Source of the DNA: Planctomycetota bacterium
GTDB taxonomy: Bacteria > Planctomycetota > UBA8108 > SXIK01
Assembly (NCBI GenBank): GCA_965223845.1
Contig: CBDCXR010000004.1
Location: forward strand, 7,680,001 to 7,744,000
Reading direction: 5' to 3'
Length of the DNA stretch: 64,000 bases
Made by a program: the position numbers and the translations under genes. Below the pieces are notes generated by a model that was not told the DNA's origin, searched no databases, and saw only the letters and a list, made by a program, of their open reading frames with translations. Position 1 is the first letter of the stretch. Each line of letters starts with the position of its first letter. Positions 38,929 to 49,241 of this stretch are shown here, piece after piece.

Positions 38929-39521
38929 CGACCGAGTCGTTCCTCGATCGACTCGCCGCACCGACACCGACGCCGGGTGGGGGAGCCGCGTCGGCGCGGG
39001 TCGGTGCCCTGGGCTGCGCTCTCCTCCGAATGGTGACCGGCATCACGCTCGGAAAGATCCCCGACGGCGAGCGTCCCCCCGAGCTCGAGGCGGCTCACCG
39101 ACAGACGGAGGACCTTCTCGAGCGTCTCGCGAAGCTCGAGGCGGACGACGCCGCCGCGTTCGATGCCTTTATCGCTGCCGTCCGCCTTCCGAAGTCCACA
39201 ACGGCGGAGCGCGAGGAGCGCCGACGGGCGCGAGCAGCGGCCGCCGTGCGCGCCGCGTCGGCTCCCCTCGGCACCTTGAGCGCGGTGCGCGACGTCCTCC
39301 AGCTCGCCGACACCTTGAACGAGCTTTCGCACACGACGCCCCTCCGCGCGGAGAGCGATCTTCGCGTCGGCGCCGAGCTCGCACGCGCCGCAGCCCGCGG
39401 CGCGGCCCTCAACGTCGAGGCGAATCTTCCCTACCTCGACGAGTCGACGGCGGCGCAGCTCACTGCCGAATGCGAGTCGACCGCCGCCGAGATCGAGCGA
39501 CTCTACGCGCGGGTCGTCTGA
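38925..39521 (+). CDS. Cyclodeaminase/cyclohydrolase family protein (FTCD C-terminal domain)
   Basis: FLDRLAAPTPTPGGGAASA, DAAAFD, ALNVEANL; ATGA overlap with truD. Confidence 0.85.
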   Translation: MTTESFLDRLAAPTPTPGGGAASARVGALGCALLRMVTGITLGKIPDGERPPELEAAHRQTEDLLERLAKLEADDAAAFDAFIAAVRLPKSTTAEREERRRARAAAAVRAASAPLGTLSAVRDVLQLADTLNELSHTTPLRAESDLRVGAELARAAARGAALNVEANLPYLDESTAAQLTAECESTAAEIERLYARVV

Positions 39522-39626
39522 CGACCTCGCCCTCTCGAGCCCGTTCGCGCGTCGGGGATGGGCCGGACGTCGTCGGATCTTCGCCGCCGGTTCACGCCGG
39601 GCGGCGCTAGCTCGCCGAAGCGGTGC

Positions 39627-41231
39627 TTACTCGAGGAATCCCTCGAGCAGTCGACTCCGCACCGGATGCTGCAGCTTCTTCAGGGCGCGAATCTCAATTT
39701 GCCGAATGCGCTCTCGGGTCACCTTGAACTTTTTCCCGAGCTCTTCGAGCGTGTAGGTGCTGTCGCGTCCGAGTCCGAAGCGCAGACGAACAACTTCGCG
39801 CTCGCGGAGGCTCAGGGAGTCGAGCACATCTTCCAGTCGCCGTTTCAGCATCTCCTGGTTGAGCGCGAGAGTCGGCGATTCACCGCGGTGATCTTCGATG
39901 AACTCGCCGAACGTGCAGTCGTCGTCGTCGCCCAGCGGATTGTTGATCGAGATCGGCGGCCGCGACAGCTTGAGCGCCTTCCGGATCTCCTCGCGCGGCA
40001 GCTCGAGCTCGTCGGCGAGCTCCATCAGATCTGGCGCTTGACCGTTCTTCAGGCCGAGCTCGCGCGTCGCGTTCATCAGCTTCGACATCGTTTCCGACAT
40101 GTATACGGGCAGTCGAATCATGCGGGATTTTTCCGCGATCGCCCGCGAAATCGCCTGTCGGATCCACCACGTCGCATACGTGGAAAACTTGTAGCCCTTG
40201 CGGTACTCGAACTTCTCGGTCGCGCGCATGAGGCCGGTGTTCCCCTCCTGGATGAGGTCGAGGAACGACAGGCCGCGCTTTCGGTAGCGCTTCGCGACGC
40301 TCACGACGAGCCGGAGGTTGGCGGAGGAGAGTCGGCTCTTCGAATCTTCGTAGCGCCGAAACTCGGCGTCGATCTTCGCCGCGCGCTTGAGGAAGGCCGC
40401 GTACGACTCGAAGACCGCCCGGTTCGCCTTGCTGAGGGCAGGAGACGAGATGATTCTCTGGCGCTGGCGCGGGCCGAGCTCCTTCTCGATCTGCGCGGCG
40501 ATCTGCAGGATGATCGTGCGCCACCGCGTCAGGTATTTCGTCTTGATCTGATACCGATCAACGAGCTTCACGACGCGCCGGATGCGTCCGTCGAGTCGAC
40601 GCCGCAGCGCGGCCCGCTCGGGCGAGCGCGCCGAGAGGGCGCAGAGGGCTTCGAAGTCCGCGATGTTGCGTTCGAGGTGCCGCCGGAGCTGATCGACCGA
40701 CCTCTCGAGCTCGATGAAGAATTCGTGTCGCTCGCCCTTCCGAGAGAGATTCACGTCGAGCACCTTCTCGATGAAGACCTCCTTCCGGAGGATCAGCTCG
40801 AGAAGCTCGAGCGCTTGCCGCTGCCCGAAGCGCGTGGAGTAGATCAGAACCCGAAGCTCGTCGCGGGACTCCTCGAGGTTGCGTGCCAGCTCGATTTCCT
40901 GCTCGCGGGTGAGAAGCGGGATCTGGGCCATCTGCGAGAAGTACATTCGGATCGGGTCGTCCAGCTTCCGCAGGGCGGCCTGTTCGGCCTCCTTGTCCTC
41001 CGCGGCGCCGAAGACGAGCCCTTCCCGTTCGCCCGACTCGAGCTCGCCCTCGCTCTCGGTCTCGTCATCGACCTGCACCCCCTCCTCCTCGAGGCCGCGG
41101 ACGATCTGGTCGAAGAGCCCGGCATCCTGGTCGACCTCGGGGGCGACTTGAAGAATGTCGTCGACGGAAGCGGACTTCTTCGATCGGAAGGCCGAGAGCA
41201 CGCGGCGTAGCAGGGTGTCAGCGGGTGTCAA
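39627..41231 (-). CDS. RpoD/SigA-family sigma-70 factor
   Basis: DDPIRMY (1.2), [52 protein letters not shown]. Primary versus alternative status is not determinable here. Confidence 0.95.
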   Translation of the reverse strand: MTPADTLLRRVLSAFRSKKSASVDDILQVAPEVDQDAGLFDQIVRGLEEEGVQVDDETESEGELESGEREGLVFGAAEDKEAEQAALRKLDDPIRMYFSQMAQIPLLTREQEIELARNLEESRDELRVLIYSTRFGQRQALELLELILRKEVFIEKVLDVNLSRKGERHEFFIELERSVDQLRRHLERNIADFEALCALSARSPERAALRRRLDGRIRRVVKLVDRYQIKTKYLTRWRTIILQIAAQIEKELGPRQRQRIISSPALSKANRAVFESYAAFLKRAAKIDAEFRRYEDSKSRLSSANLRLVVSVAKRYRKRGLSFLDLIQEGNTGLMRATEKFEYRKGYKFSTYATWWIRQAISRAIAEKSRMIRLPVYMSETMSKLMNATRELGLKNGQAPDLMELADELELPREEIRKALKLSRPPISINNPLGDDDDCTFGEFIEDHRGESPTLALNQEMLKRRLEDVLDSLSLREREVVRLRFGLGRDSTYTLEELGKKFKVTRERIRQIEIRALKKLQHPVRSRLLEGFLE

Positions 41232-41391
41232 GAGAGGCCTCCTCGAGGTCGGGGCGAGAGAGCGTGGACTCGAGCCCGCGAGGGTCGAGCCCAGACCGGG
41301 TCACCGGTGCGCCGAGGGCGAGTCAAGAGACGCCGGAGGAGCGACGCTGACGCGCAGCGGTGTACCATGTCAGGACAGTGGACACTCGAGT

Positions 41392-41407
41392 AGCAAACCC
41401 CGAGCCA
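41392..41407 (-). promoter_or_regulatory. sigma54 -24/-12 promoter TGGCTCGGGGTTTGCT
   Basis: One mismatch to TGGCACG-N4-TTGCW; faces the RpoD-like gene about 160 nt downstream. Confidence 0.75.
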
Positions 41408-41756
41408 GATCTCCCCGATTCGTCTCTAAGCACCTAAGAACAATGCAGTTGAGTGTGGATGCCGTCTTATCCCACGGGAATCGCTGAGGCGAAAACTGTC
41501 CACTTTTTGACACGGGCTGCAAAAAAGTGTTAACGCTTCGCGGATTTGTGCCGAATCCGGACAGTTTCTCGGTGCGGAGTGCCGGGACGAAGCTCGCTCG
41601 GGGTGGCGAGAGCGAGTCGCCGCTCCCCGCGTGCCGGCGGAGTTCGCCGCGACCGGCGCTCCGGCGAGCCGGAACGCGGGTGCCGGCGGGGGGAGCCTTC
41701 TTCAGGAAGAAGGCCGACGCGCGCGCGAGCGCAACGCGCTCGATCGGGGACGAGCG

Positions 41757-42725
41757 CTACCTCTCGGCAAGATCGGCGCCGACCGAGTAGACCTCGGAGC
41801 GAGTCCAGCCGATGTCGCTGCGGAAGGTCCACAGGACGAGGAAGTACTGGGAAGCCTGGACCGAGTCGATCTCGATCTCCTCCCGGCGTTCGCCGTCGAG
41901 AGGTCCACCCGAGAGAACCCGGACGCGGGCGTAGGTTGCCGGGTTTTCCGGCGACAGCAGGACATCCGCTCGATTGCGCGACCCGAAGACGAAATAGAAG
42001 CTCGCCAGCGGATCGGCATGGACGAGGAACGTCGACGTTTCCGCGGGTGCATCCATCGCGCCCAGCTCGGCGGCGCCCGGATTCGGGGCGCCCTCCTCTT
42101 CGGCGGGGGCGAGGTCTTCGAGCCACGGGCCGATCAAGCGGCCGGTCCAGCTCGCCGTGAGCACCGTGAGTCCGAGCGGTCCGCGGAGCAAATCGACGCG
42201 CACGGTGATCGGTCGAGCGTCCGGATCGCGCAAGGACACATTCAGCCGGCGCTCGAGCTCGCTTACCTTGAGCTCGACGACCGAGTGATAGAGCTGCCCG
42301 TCGAATCGGCTCTCCACGCGGTGGAGGGGGGTGCTGTAGATGAGGAGCCCGTCGACGCTGACCGTCAGCGCGCCGCCATCGCTGCAGTTGGTCGCCATCG
42401 GGAGGCGGGCGATGCCGGTTCGGGCTGGCTCGCCGTCGTTCGGACCGCCGAGGAGAAGGGTCGGGCCGGCCTTAGCCCGAAGATCGGCGAACGCCGTCGC
42501 GGCTCCGGCGACTCCGGGTGAGTCGATGCCCGTCCGAACGCCCAAGAACATCCCCACGGCGAGCCCGAAAAGTACGAGCCCGCGGGCGAGCGGAGGCTCG
42601 GGAAGCCTCGCGACCAGGAATCTGACGGTCCGAAATCCCACTCTCACGGTGAATCGCGTCCTGCGTTCTGCCCCCATGATTGCCCAACCGAACGCCATCC
42701 TAAGGGCGCGATTTCGGGCTGGCAA
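41757..42725 (-). CDS. Hypothetical protein, probably exported; start uncertain
   Basis: ORF with a hydrophobic segment followed by beta-rich domains; no recognised motif. Confidence 0.55.
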   Translation of the reverse strand: MPARNRALRMAFGWAIMGAERRTRFTVRVGFRTVRFLVARLPEPPLARGLVLFGLAVGMFLGVRTGIDSPGVAGAATAFADLRAKAGPTLLLGGPNDGEPARTGIARLPMATNCSDGGALTVSVDGLLIYSTPLHRVESRFDGQLYHSVVELKVSELERRLNVSLRDPDARPITVRVDLLRGPLGLTVLTASWTGRLIGPWLEDLAPAEEEGAPNPGAAELGAMDAPAETSTFLVHADPLASFYFVFGSRNRADVLLSPENPATYARVRVLSGGPLDGERREEIEIDSVQASQYFLVLWTFRSDIGWTRSEVYSVGADLAER

Positions 42726-42974
42726 CGACTAATGGGAAGTGGCCGCTCTGTCCGCGGCCGGGGGCGCTCGTCGGCGATCGGTGGAGTTTCGTTCGGCGCG
42801 ACGAGGACGGGGTGCACGGCGAAAGGGGGGCGAGCGTCGATCCGGTGCGGCGAGTTATCGGGCTAGCTCGTCAGTGCGAACGAATCCATACCGTCATCTC
42901 GCTGGGCTCCCGGTTGCCCGCGCGTGGTACGGAACGAGTCGGACGGGACGCACGGCGCGTCCCGGTCGTCCCTC

Positions 42975-45900
42975 CTATCCGGCCGAACCGCGGTTCAATC
43001 CGTGCTTTCGCAGCAGCCGGTACAAGGTCTCGCGCGAAACGCCGCACACTCGCGCCGCCTCGGAGACGTTTCCGCGCGTCTTCGCGAGACAGCGCTCGAG
43101 GAATTCTCGTTCAAACCGCTCGCGAGCCTCGCGGAGGTTCCCTGATTCGCTCGCGGTCGCGACGGACGAATCCATGATCAAGTCCTTGGCGCCGATCGCG
43201 TCGCTCGCTCGCACGAGGAGATTCCGCTCGACGATCGACTTCAGCTCGCGCACGTTCCCGGGCCAGTCGTGGAGCGTGAGCGCCGCGACCGCGTCGGGAA
43301 GGAACTTGGGGGGTGTCCCGCCGCTCTCACGCGCGAACTCGGTGCAAAAGTGATCGACGAGAACGGGGATGTCCTCCTTGCGGTCTCGCAGGCTCGGCAC
43401 CGGGATGCGAATTCCGTTTAGACGATAGTAGAGATCTTTTCGAAACGTGCCGTCGTCGACGCGGTCCGACACGGGTCGATCGGCCGCCGCGATGACACGG
43501 ACGTCGATCGTGCGCGGGCGCCCGCCGATCGGACGGACTTCGCCTTCCTGGAGGACGCGTAGGAGGAGCCGCTGATCGTCGAGCGCGAGCTCGTCGACTT
43601 CGTCGAGAAAGATCGTTCCTCCGTTCGCCTGTTCGAAGAGACCGGTTTTGGCTTCGCTCGCGCCCGTGAACGCTCCGCGTTCGTGGCCGAAAAGCTCACT
43701 CTCGAGAAGCTCCCCCGAAAGCATGCCGAAGCTCGCGGAGACGAACGGACCGCCGCGACGATCGCTCGTGTAGTGGAGCGCGCGCGCGATGAGCTCCTTT
43801 CCCGTTCCGCTTTCGCCCTCGATCAAGACCGAGAGAGGAGTCGGCGCCACGCGTTCGATGAGGTAATAGAGAAGCCGCATCGCCGGCGAGCGCCCGACGA
43901 TGTTGCGAAACGAGTACCTCTCCTCGAGATTGCGTTGCCGCTCCCGCAAACTCTCGCGGACGAGCGCGAGCTGCTCGTTCTGGCGCGCCACGCGTTCCTG
44001 GAGCTTTTGATTGAGGAGATCGAGCTTCCGGTTGGCGCGTACGAGCTCCTCGGTCTGCCGGCGATTCTCGTCGACGAGCTGCGCGTTCGTCACCGCGATC
44101 GCCGCCTGGTCGGCGAACGCCTGGAGCGTAGCGACGTCCGCGTCGCGAAAGGCGTCCGTGCGCCAGCGGTTGTCGATGTAGATGAGGCCGAGCGTCGCGC
44201 CACGAAAGCGGAGCGGCGCGCAGAGAATGGAGCGCAGCTTGAGTCGCTGGACGCTCACCGCCTCTTGATAGTCGTCCTCGTCGAGCGCGTTGCGGATGAG
44301 GACCGTCTCGCCACTCTCGAGCACTCGGCGCACGACCGAATCGCTCACGATTTCCTGGGGCGGGGGCGTCTCGCTGCCGCTCCGGTCGCACGCGACGACG
44401 ATTTGCGGCCGCGCTCCGTCCTCCTTGAGCAGCACGAACCCGCTCTCGCCCGCGACGAGCTCGAGCACGGATCGAAGAAGCTCGCGGAGGAGACGATTCT
44501 TGTCGCTCTCGCGTCCAATCAAACCCGCGATCTCGTGGAGCCGTCGCGTCTCTTCGAGGAGCTGAGGGCCGACGGGCGGCGACGTCGCTGGAGAACTCGT
44601 CGCCGGGGCGTCCGCCACGGTTGAGTTCCCGTCGTCCCCGCCGCCGCGGAGGCGTGCGCGCTCGCGCGGGAAGAACATCTCGCGGGCGAAGCTCGGCGGC
44701 GCGGTCTCGAGCATGGACTCGATCGCACGCACTGCGCTCCGGCGCTCGACCTCGCTCTCCTTCGCGTCACCGCTGAGAGCCGCGAGGTCGGAAAGACTCG
44801 CGTGAAAGCGACCGGCGAGATCCGGGAGCTCGGCGTCGCGCGATTCCTTGAGCCCGCGAACGAGGTAGCGGCGCGCCCGACTCGACCAGCCGTCACCCTG
44901 TCGCGCAATCTCGAGTCGTCCGCGAAGAAGAAAATAGAGCGGAACGAGGTCGCGGATCGCCAGAATCTCGAGATGTTCGTACGCCTCTTCGAGCAGTCGC
45001 TCCGCTTCGGCACTGCGGTTTGCGCTGACCTGGTGCCACGCGCGTTCGAGCAGCACTTCGACCACCTCGCGGCGACTGGCGGCACTCCGGAAGACGCTTT
45101 CTGCCTCGGCGAGGATCGGCTGCGTCGGCGAGTGCTGACCGGACTCGCGCTCGACCCGCGCTCGGCCGAGGAGGCACGACGCGCGAAGGAGCGGTTGGTC
45201 GAGCTCGCGGGCGGATGCCTCGACGCTCGCGAACACTCGACGCGCCGAGCGCAGTCGTCCGACGGCCGCGAGAAACCGCGCCTCGACCTCTCGAGCGACG
45301 AGGACGCCGAGTCGGTTGCGGAGCGCCCGAAAGGTTCCGTGGGCGCTTCGCGCATCGCTCAGCGCCGCCGCGAGCTCACCGCGGGCGAGGGCGATCTGCG
45401 CGAGCTGAAGGCGCGAGTACGCGGCGCCGAGTCGCTCGTCGATCCGCTCGCGCAGCTCGAGCCCTCTCTGCGCGTACGCCGCGGCTTTCGTCAGCTCGCC
45501 CTGCGCGAGGTAGATCTTCCCGATGCGGTAGTAGGAGAAGCCGACGGCGGCGGGCGCCGCTGATCGTTTGCGCTTGTCGAGAGCGCGAAACGCGTAGTCG
45601 AGCGCCTCGCCGTAGTTGCCTTCGCGCTCGAGGATCGTCGACAAGTTCCCGAGCGCGCGAGCCATTCCCGCGCGGTCGTTGAGCCGCGTGTAGAGCTCGA
45701 TCGCGCGTTCGTAGCACTCTCTCGCCGCCCCGAGATCGTCCCGCACCTGATAGACGAGCCCGAGGTTGTTGTAGTTGTCCGCGATCGCTCCCTCGTCGCC
45801 CACGTTTCCCGCGAGGCGGAGCGCGATGCGATAGTTCACGAGCGCACGCTCCTGCTCGCCGCGGTCGTGATGCGTCGTCCCGAGCGCCTTGTGCACCGCG

Positions 45901-48900
45901 GCCCGGTGCTGCTGGCTCGCGAGCTGAGACGCGACCGCTCCGCCCTCTTCGAGGATTTCCGTCGCGCGGTCGTACTCGCCGAGATCGCGGAGCTGATTCC
46001 CGAGCGCGATGGTCGTCTCCACGTGAAGCGCGAGATTCTGCGAATCCCGAGCGATCGCAAGGGCGTGCTCGAGTTGATCGCGCGCCTCCTCGCTTCGGCG
46101 ATCGGCGCGGGCCGTTTCGGCGAGAAGAATGAACGCGCGGCAGCGCGCGGCGGCGTCGCCCCCGTCCGGCGCCTCGGCGATGCACCGCGCGAGGCGCTCG
46201 GTGGCCGATCGTTCGCCGCGGGCGAGGTGCGCCCTCGCGAGCGCGAGTCGCGTTCGGCCGAGCTCGGCGTCGGGATCGAGGAGGCGCGGCGCGGAGTTTG
46301 CCGACGCCGGGTCGCTGGAGGCGCCGCCGGCGAAGAGGCTCTCGCTGAGCTCGAGGACGAGGAGCGCGCTCGCGATCTCGCCGCTCTCGAGGTAACTCTC
46401 GCCGATTCGGCGCAGCACCTCGGCGCGCGCGAGAGCGTGGGCTTCGCCTTCGTAAAGAGACGAGAGAAACGTGAGGCGCTCGCGAGCCTTCTCGGGTTGG
46501 CGCAGAGCCGCGTAGAGCGTTGCGAGTCGGTCGACGGCGAGGGGGACCAGCGGGTCGAGCTTCGAGCCGGGGCGGCCGGTGGCGCGGCCGCCCGCTTCGA
46601 GCAGCGTTTCGAGCTGGAGCGCCGCGGCGGCGATCGCCTGCGAGCTCGCGAGGCGATCTGCCGTGACGAGGGTTTGGTCGGCGGCGAGGCTGTCCCAGCG
46701 CGCGAGCCGCGCGTGATGGGCGACGTCTTCCGGCACGCGGCACGGCGCCTCGTCGCGCGCGAAACCGTGGAGAGCCGCAGCGATCCCGCGGTGGATCTCG
46801 CGCCGCCGCGGCGCCGCGACCATGCGGTAGACGTGCGACGCGAGACTCGGCGAGGCGATGCCGATCTCTTCGCCGGAGATTCCGTCCCGCCGAGAGACGA
46901 GCCCGGCGCGTTCGAGTCTGCCGACGCTCGCAGTCGTCTCCGCACTTGTCGGTTCGGTTCGATCGCCAGCTCGGAGGGCGTCTAGAATCGGCGTCCGAAG
47001 GGGAGTTCCCGCCGCGGCGAGAATCTCGACGATCGATCGCGCATCGGTGCCGAGTCCGTCGAGCCGCTGGAGCATCGCTTCCTCGTGGCGGCGAGGGTAG
47101 TCCAGAATGTCCGCGCTCGAAGGCTCACCCCGCGCCCGGCGGATGAACTCGTCGAGAAGGCGAGGAGAGCCCTGAGAAACTTCGATCCACCGGCGCATCA
47201 CGTCGGGCGGGACATCGAGCTCCGGCGCGCGCTCGCGAATCCACTCCGGCACGCGATCGGCGGCGAGCGGCTGGAGGACTCGCCGCGTGCCGCTTGCGCG
47301 CTGGAGGAATCGGCCGAGATCGACGCTGGGGCCGATCCCCTCGACGGCTTCGCGGTGCCGGTCTCCCGCCGATGTGGTCGCAACGACGAGGAGTCGCGGC
47401 ATCGAAGCCGCTTCGTCGTGGGCGTCGTCTTCGCTTCGTTCGAGCCGCGTCGCGGATCGGTGAATCGTTTCGAGAAGCTTCAGCGTCTCGGGGCCGCCGA
47501 GCTCGACGTCGCGGAGTAGGAGCGCGACGGGTCGATCGCGAGCGAGAGCGAGGAGGACGTCGGCGATGAGGGAGCGGAGGCGTTCCGGCTCACGCGCGGC
47601 ATCGATGCTCGGGAGCGGAGCCGCCACGTCACCTTCTACGGGCGCGATTCGGCGAACCGCGTTGAGGTGCGCTTCGGTGAGGCCCAACTCCGGGGCGACG
47701 GCGCTGAGATCGATCTCTCGCGCGATTTGGACGAAGATTTCGGCGAACGGCTGGAACGCGTACTGACGCGGCAATCGACCGGCGCCGCTGTAGCACGACG
47801 TGCCACGCGAAAGGATGCGCAATTCGATCTCGCCGGCGAACTCGTCGAGGAACTGTCCCTCGTCCGCCTCGTAGATGCAGATCGTGCATTCGACCTCGCC
47901 TCGCTCGAGCTCCTCGAGCAGGGTCTCGACGTGCGCGAGTTCACTTTCCCAGCCGACGCGCGGGACGCGCGGACGGGCCTCGCGGACCGGCGCAGCGAGG
48001 CGAAAGCCGCCGATGCGCTCGAGCTCTTCGGCGACGGCGCGCGCGTCCGGAGGGCGCCGATCGGGGTCGGGATCGAGAAGTCGATCGATCAGATCGTCGA
48101 GGTCCGGCGGCGTGCCCGGCTCGGTGTCGCTCACGCGCAGTCGCGCGCCCGTGTTCGCGGCCTGCACCCACTCGGCCGGAGTGTCCCCGGGAAACGGCGG
48201 ACGCCCGGTGATCGCGTACGCGAGAGAAACGCCGAGTGAGAAGAGATCGCTCCTCCGGTCGGCCGGGCGTGCGTTCATCAACTCGGGGGCGACGAACGGA
48301 ACGGTGCCGCCCGGGTGCCCGTCGGCCGGCTTCGTCTCGTCTGCCGACAATCCGAAGTCGAGGATGGTCGGCCGGAGCGCGTCGCCCGGAGCCGCGCCCT
48401 TCTCGCGGACGAAAACGAGGTTCTCGGGCTTGATGTCGCGGTGGACGATTCCCTGGCGGTGGATCGCGTCGAGTGCCTGTGCCACTCGGGCGAGCGCGCG
48501 GAGGAACTCGCTCCAGCGAGCAGACTCCTCACGCGCGACTCGCTCCGAATCCTCCCCGGTCTTATCGAATAGATCGAGATACGTCGCGCGCAGGTTTTCG
48601 CCGTCGTAGTACACACTTGCGAGGTACGTCGCGTACGGCGCGTCGAGCGCGACGTCCGGTGAGAGCGCACGCATCGATGCGCGATCCAGCCGGCCGAAGT
48701 CGAAGACCTCCGCGATTCCCGGCTGGCGGAGGCGATGGACGATGCGGTACTCGCGCTGCGCGCGAGCGGCGAGTGCTGGATCGTTCCCCGGGAAGATCTT
48801 CAGCGCGCACTTTCGCCCGCCTCGGCGACGGTCGCGGGCGAGAACGACGCTCCTCTCGGGCTTCGTCGAAAGAGTCCCGAGCAGCTCGTAGCGGCCGGCC

Positions 48901-48929
48901 AGGTCGCCCGTTCGCACCATGCGTTCCAC
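42975..48929 (-). CDS. Giant Ser/Thr kinase-NTPase-like-TPR-GAF-sigma54 activator-Fis HTH fusion
   Basis: HRDIKPEN/DFG/APE kinase, TPR array, GAF (RSILCAPL...GLIYIDNR), GESGTGKE, ESELFGHERGAFTGA, WPGNVREL and C-terminal HTH. Confidence 0.92.
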   Translation of the reverse strand: MERMVRTGDLAGRYELLGTLSTKPERSVVLARDRRRGGRKCALKIFPGNDPALAARAQREYRIVHRLRQPGIAEVFDFGRLDRASMRALSPDVALDAPYATYLASVYYDGENLRATYLDLFDKTGEDSERVAREESARWSEFLRALARVAQALDAIHRQGIVHRDIKPENLVFVREKGAAPGDALRPTILDFGLSADETKPADGHPGGTVPFVAPELMNARPADRRSDLFSLGVSLAYAITGRPPFPGDTPAEWVQAANTGARLRVSDTEPGTPPDLDDLIDRLLDPDPDRRPPDARAVAEELERIGGFRLAAPVREARPRVPRVGWESELAHVETLLEELERGEVECTICIYEADEGQFLDEFAGEIELRILSRGTSCYSGAGRLPRQYAFQPFAEIFVQIAREIDLSAVAPELGLTEAHLNAVRRIAPVEGDVAAPLPSIDAAREPERLRSLIADVLLALARDRPVALLLRDVELGGPETLKLLETIHRSATRLERSEDDAHDEAASMPRLLVVATTSAGDRHREAVEGIGPSVDLGRFLQRASGTRRVLQPLAADRVPEWIRERAPELDVPPDVMRRWIEVSQGSPRLLDEFIRRARGEPSSADILDYPRRHEEAMLQRLDGLGTDARSIVEILAAAGTPLRTPILDALRAGDRTEPTSAETTASVGRLERAGLVSRRDGISGEEIGIASPSLASHVYRMVAAPRRREIHRGIAAALHGFARDEAPCRVPEDVAHHARLARWDSLAADQTLVTADRLASSQAIAAAALQLETLLEAGGRATGRPGSKLDPLVPLAVDRLATLYAALRQPEKARERLTFLSSLYEGEAHALARAEVLRRIGESYLESGEIASALLVLELSESLFAGGASSDPASANSAPRLLDPDAELGRTRLALARAHLARGERSATERLARCIAEAPDGGDAAARCRAFILLAETARADRRSEEARDQLEHALAIARDSQNLALHVETTIALGNQLRDLGEYDRATEILEEGGAVASQLASQQHRAAVHKALGTTHHDRGEQERALVNYRIALRLAGNVGDEGAIADNYNNLGLVYQVRDDLGAARECYERAIELYTRLNDRAGMARALGNLSTILEREGNYGEALDYAFRALDKRKRSAAPAAVGFSYYRIGKIYLAQGELTKAAAYAQRGLELRERIDERLGAAYSRLQLAQIALARGELAAALSDARSAHGTFRALRNRLGVLVAREVEARFLAAVGRLRSARRVFASVEASARELDQPLLRASCLLGRARVERESGQHSPTQPILAEAESVFRSAASRREVVEVLLERAWHQVSANRSAEAERLLEEAYEHLEILAIRDLVPLYFLLRGRLEIARQGDGWSSRARRYLVRGLKESRDAELPDLAGRFHASLSDLAALSGDAKESEVERRSAVRAIESMLETAPPSFAREMFFPRERARLRGGGDDGNSTVADAPATSSPATSPPVGPQLLEETRRLHEIAGLIGRESDKNRLLRELLRSVLELVAGESGFVLLKEDGARPQIVVACDRSGSETPPPQEIVSDSVVRRVLESGETVLIRNALDEDDYQEAVSVQRLKLRSILCAPLRFRGATLGLIYIDNRWRTDAFRDADVATLQAFADQAAIAVTNAQLVDENRRQTEELVRANRKLDLLNQKLQERVARQNEQLALVRESLRERQRNLEERYSFRNIVGRSPAMRLLYYLIERVAPTPLSVLIEGESGTGKELIARALHYTSDRRGGPFVSASFGMLSGELLESELFGHERGAFTGASEAKTGLFEQANGGTIFLDEVDELALDDQRLLLRVLQEGEVRPIGGRPRTIDVRVIAAADRPVSDRVDDGTFRKDLYYRLNGIRIPVPSLRDRKEDIPVLVDHFCTEFARESGGTPPKFLPDAVAALTLHDWPGNVRELKSIVERNLLVRASDAIGAKDLIMDSSVATASESGNLREARERFEREFLERCLAKTRGNVSEAARVCGVSRETLYRLLRKHGLNRGSAG

Positions 48930-49241
48930 TCCGTGAACCCGCGCACCCGAGAGGCCCCGGCGCCGGCTCCGTGGGATCGCGCGCGCGCGATCCTCCGCGC
49001 TCCGCTGCGGTTCGACCGGCCGGGATCCGTGGCGGCTTCCTAGACGATAGCGGGCCCTGGCGGATCTGCCACATCGAGTGTGTCAGAAACGTGACACTTT
49101 TCCCCCGTACCTATCGCCGGGGGCACCAGGAACCGGGGCGGCGCGACGACGACGTTCGGGCGTTGGTCGTCTCGTCCGCCGGACAACGTCGAGCTCAGGG
49201 GGCGGGCGGGCCGCCCCGTTCTCCGCCGACGTCAGAACAGA

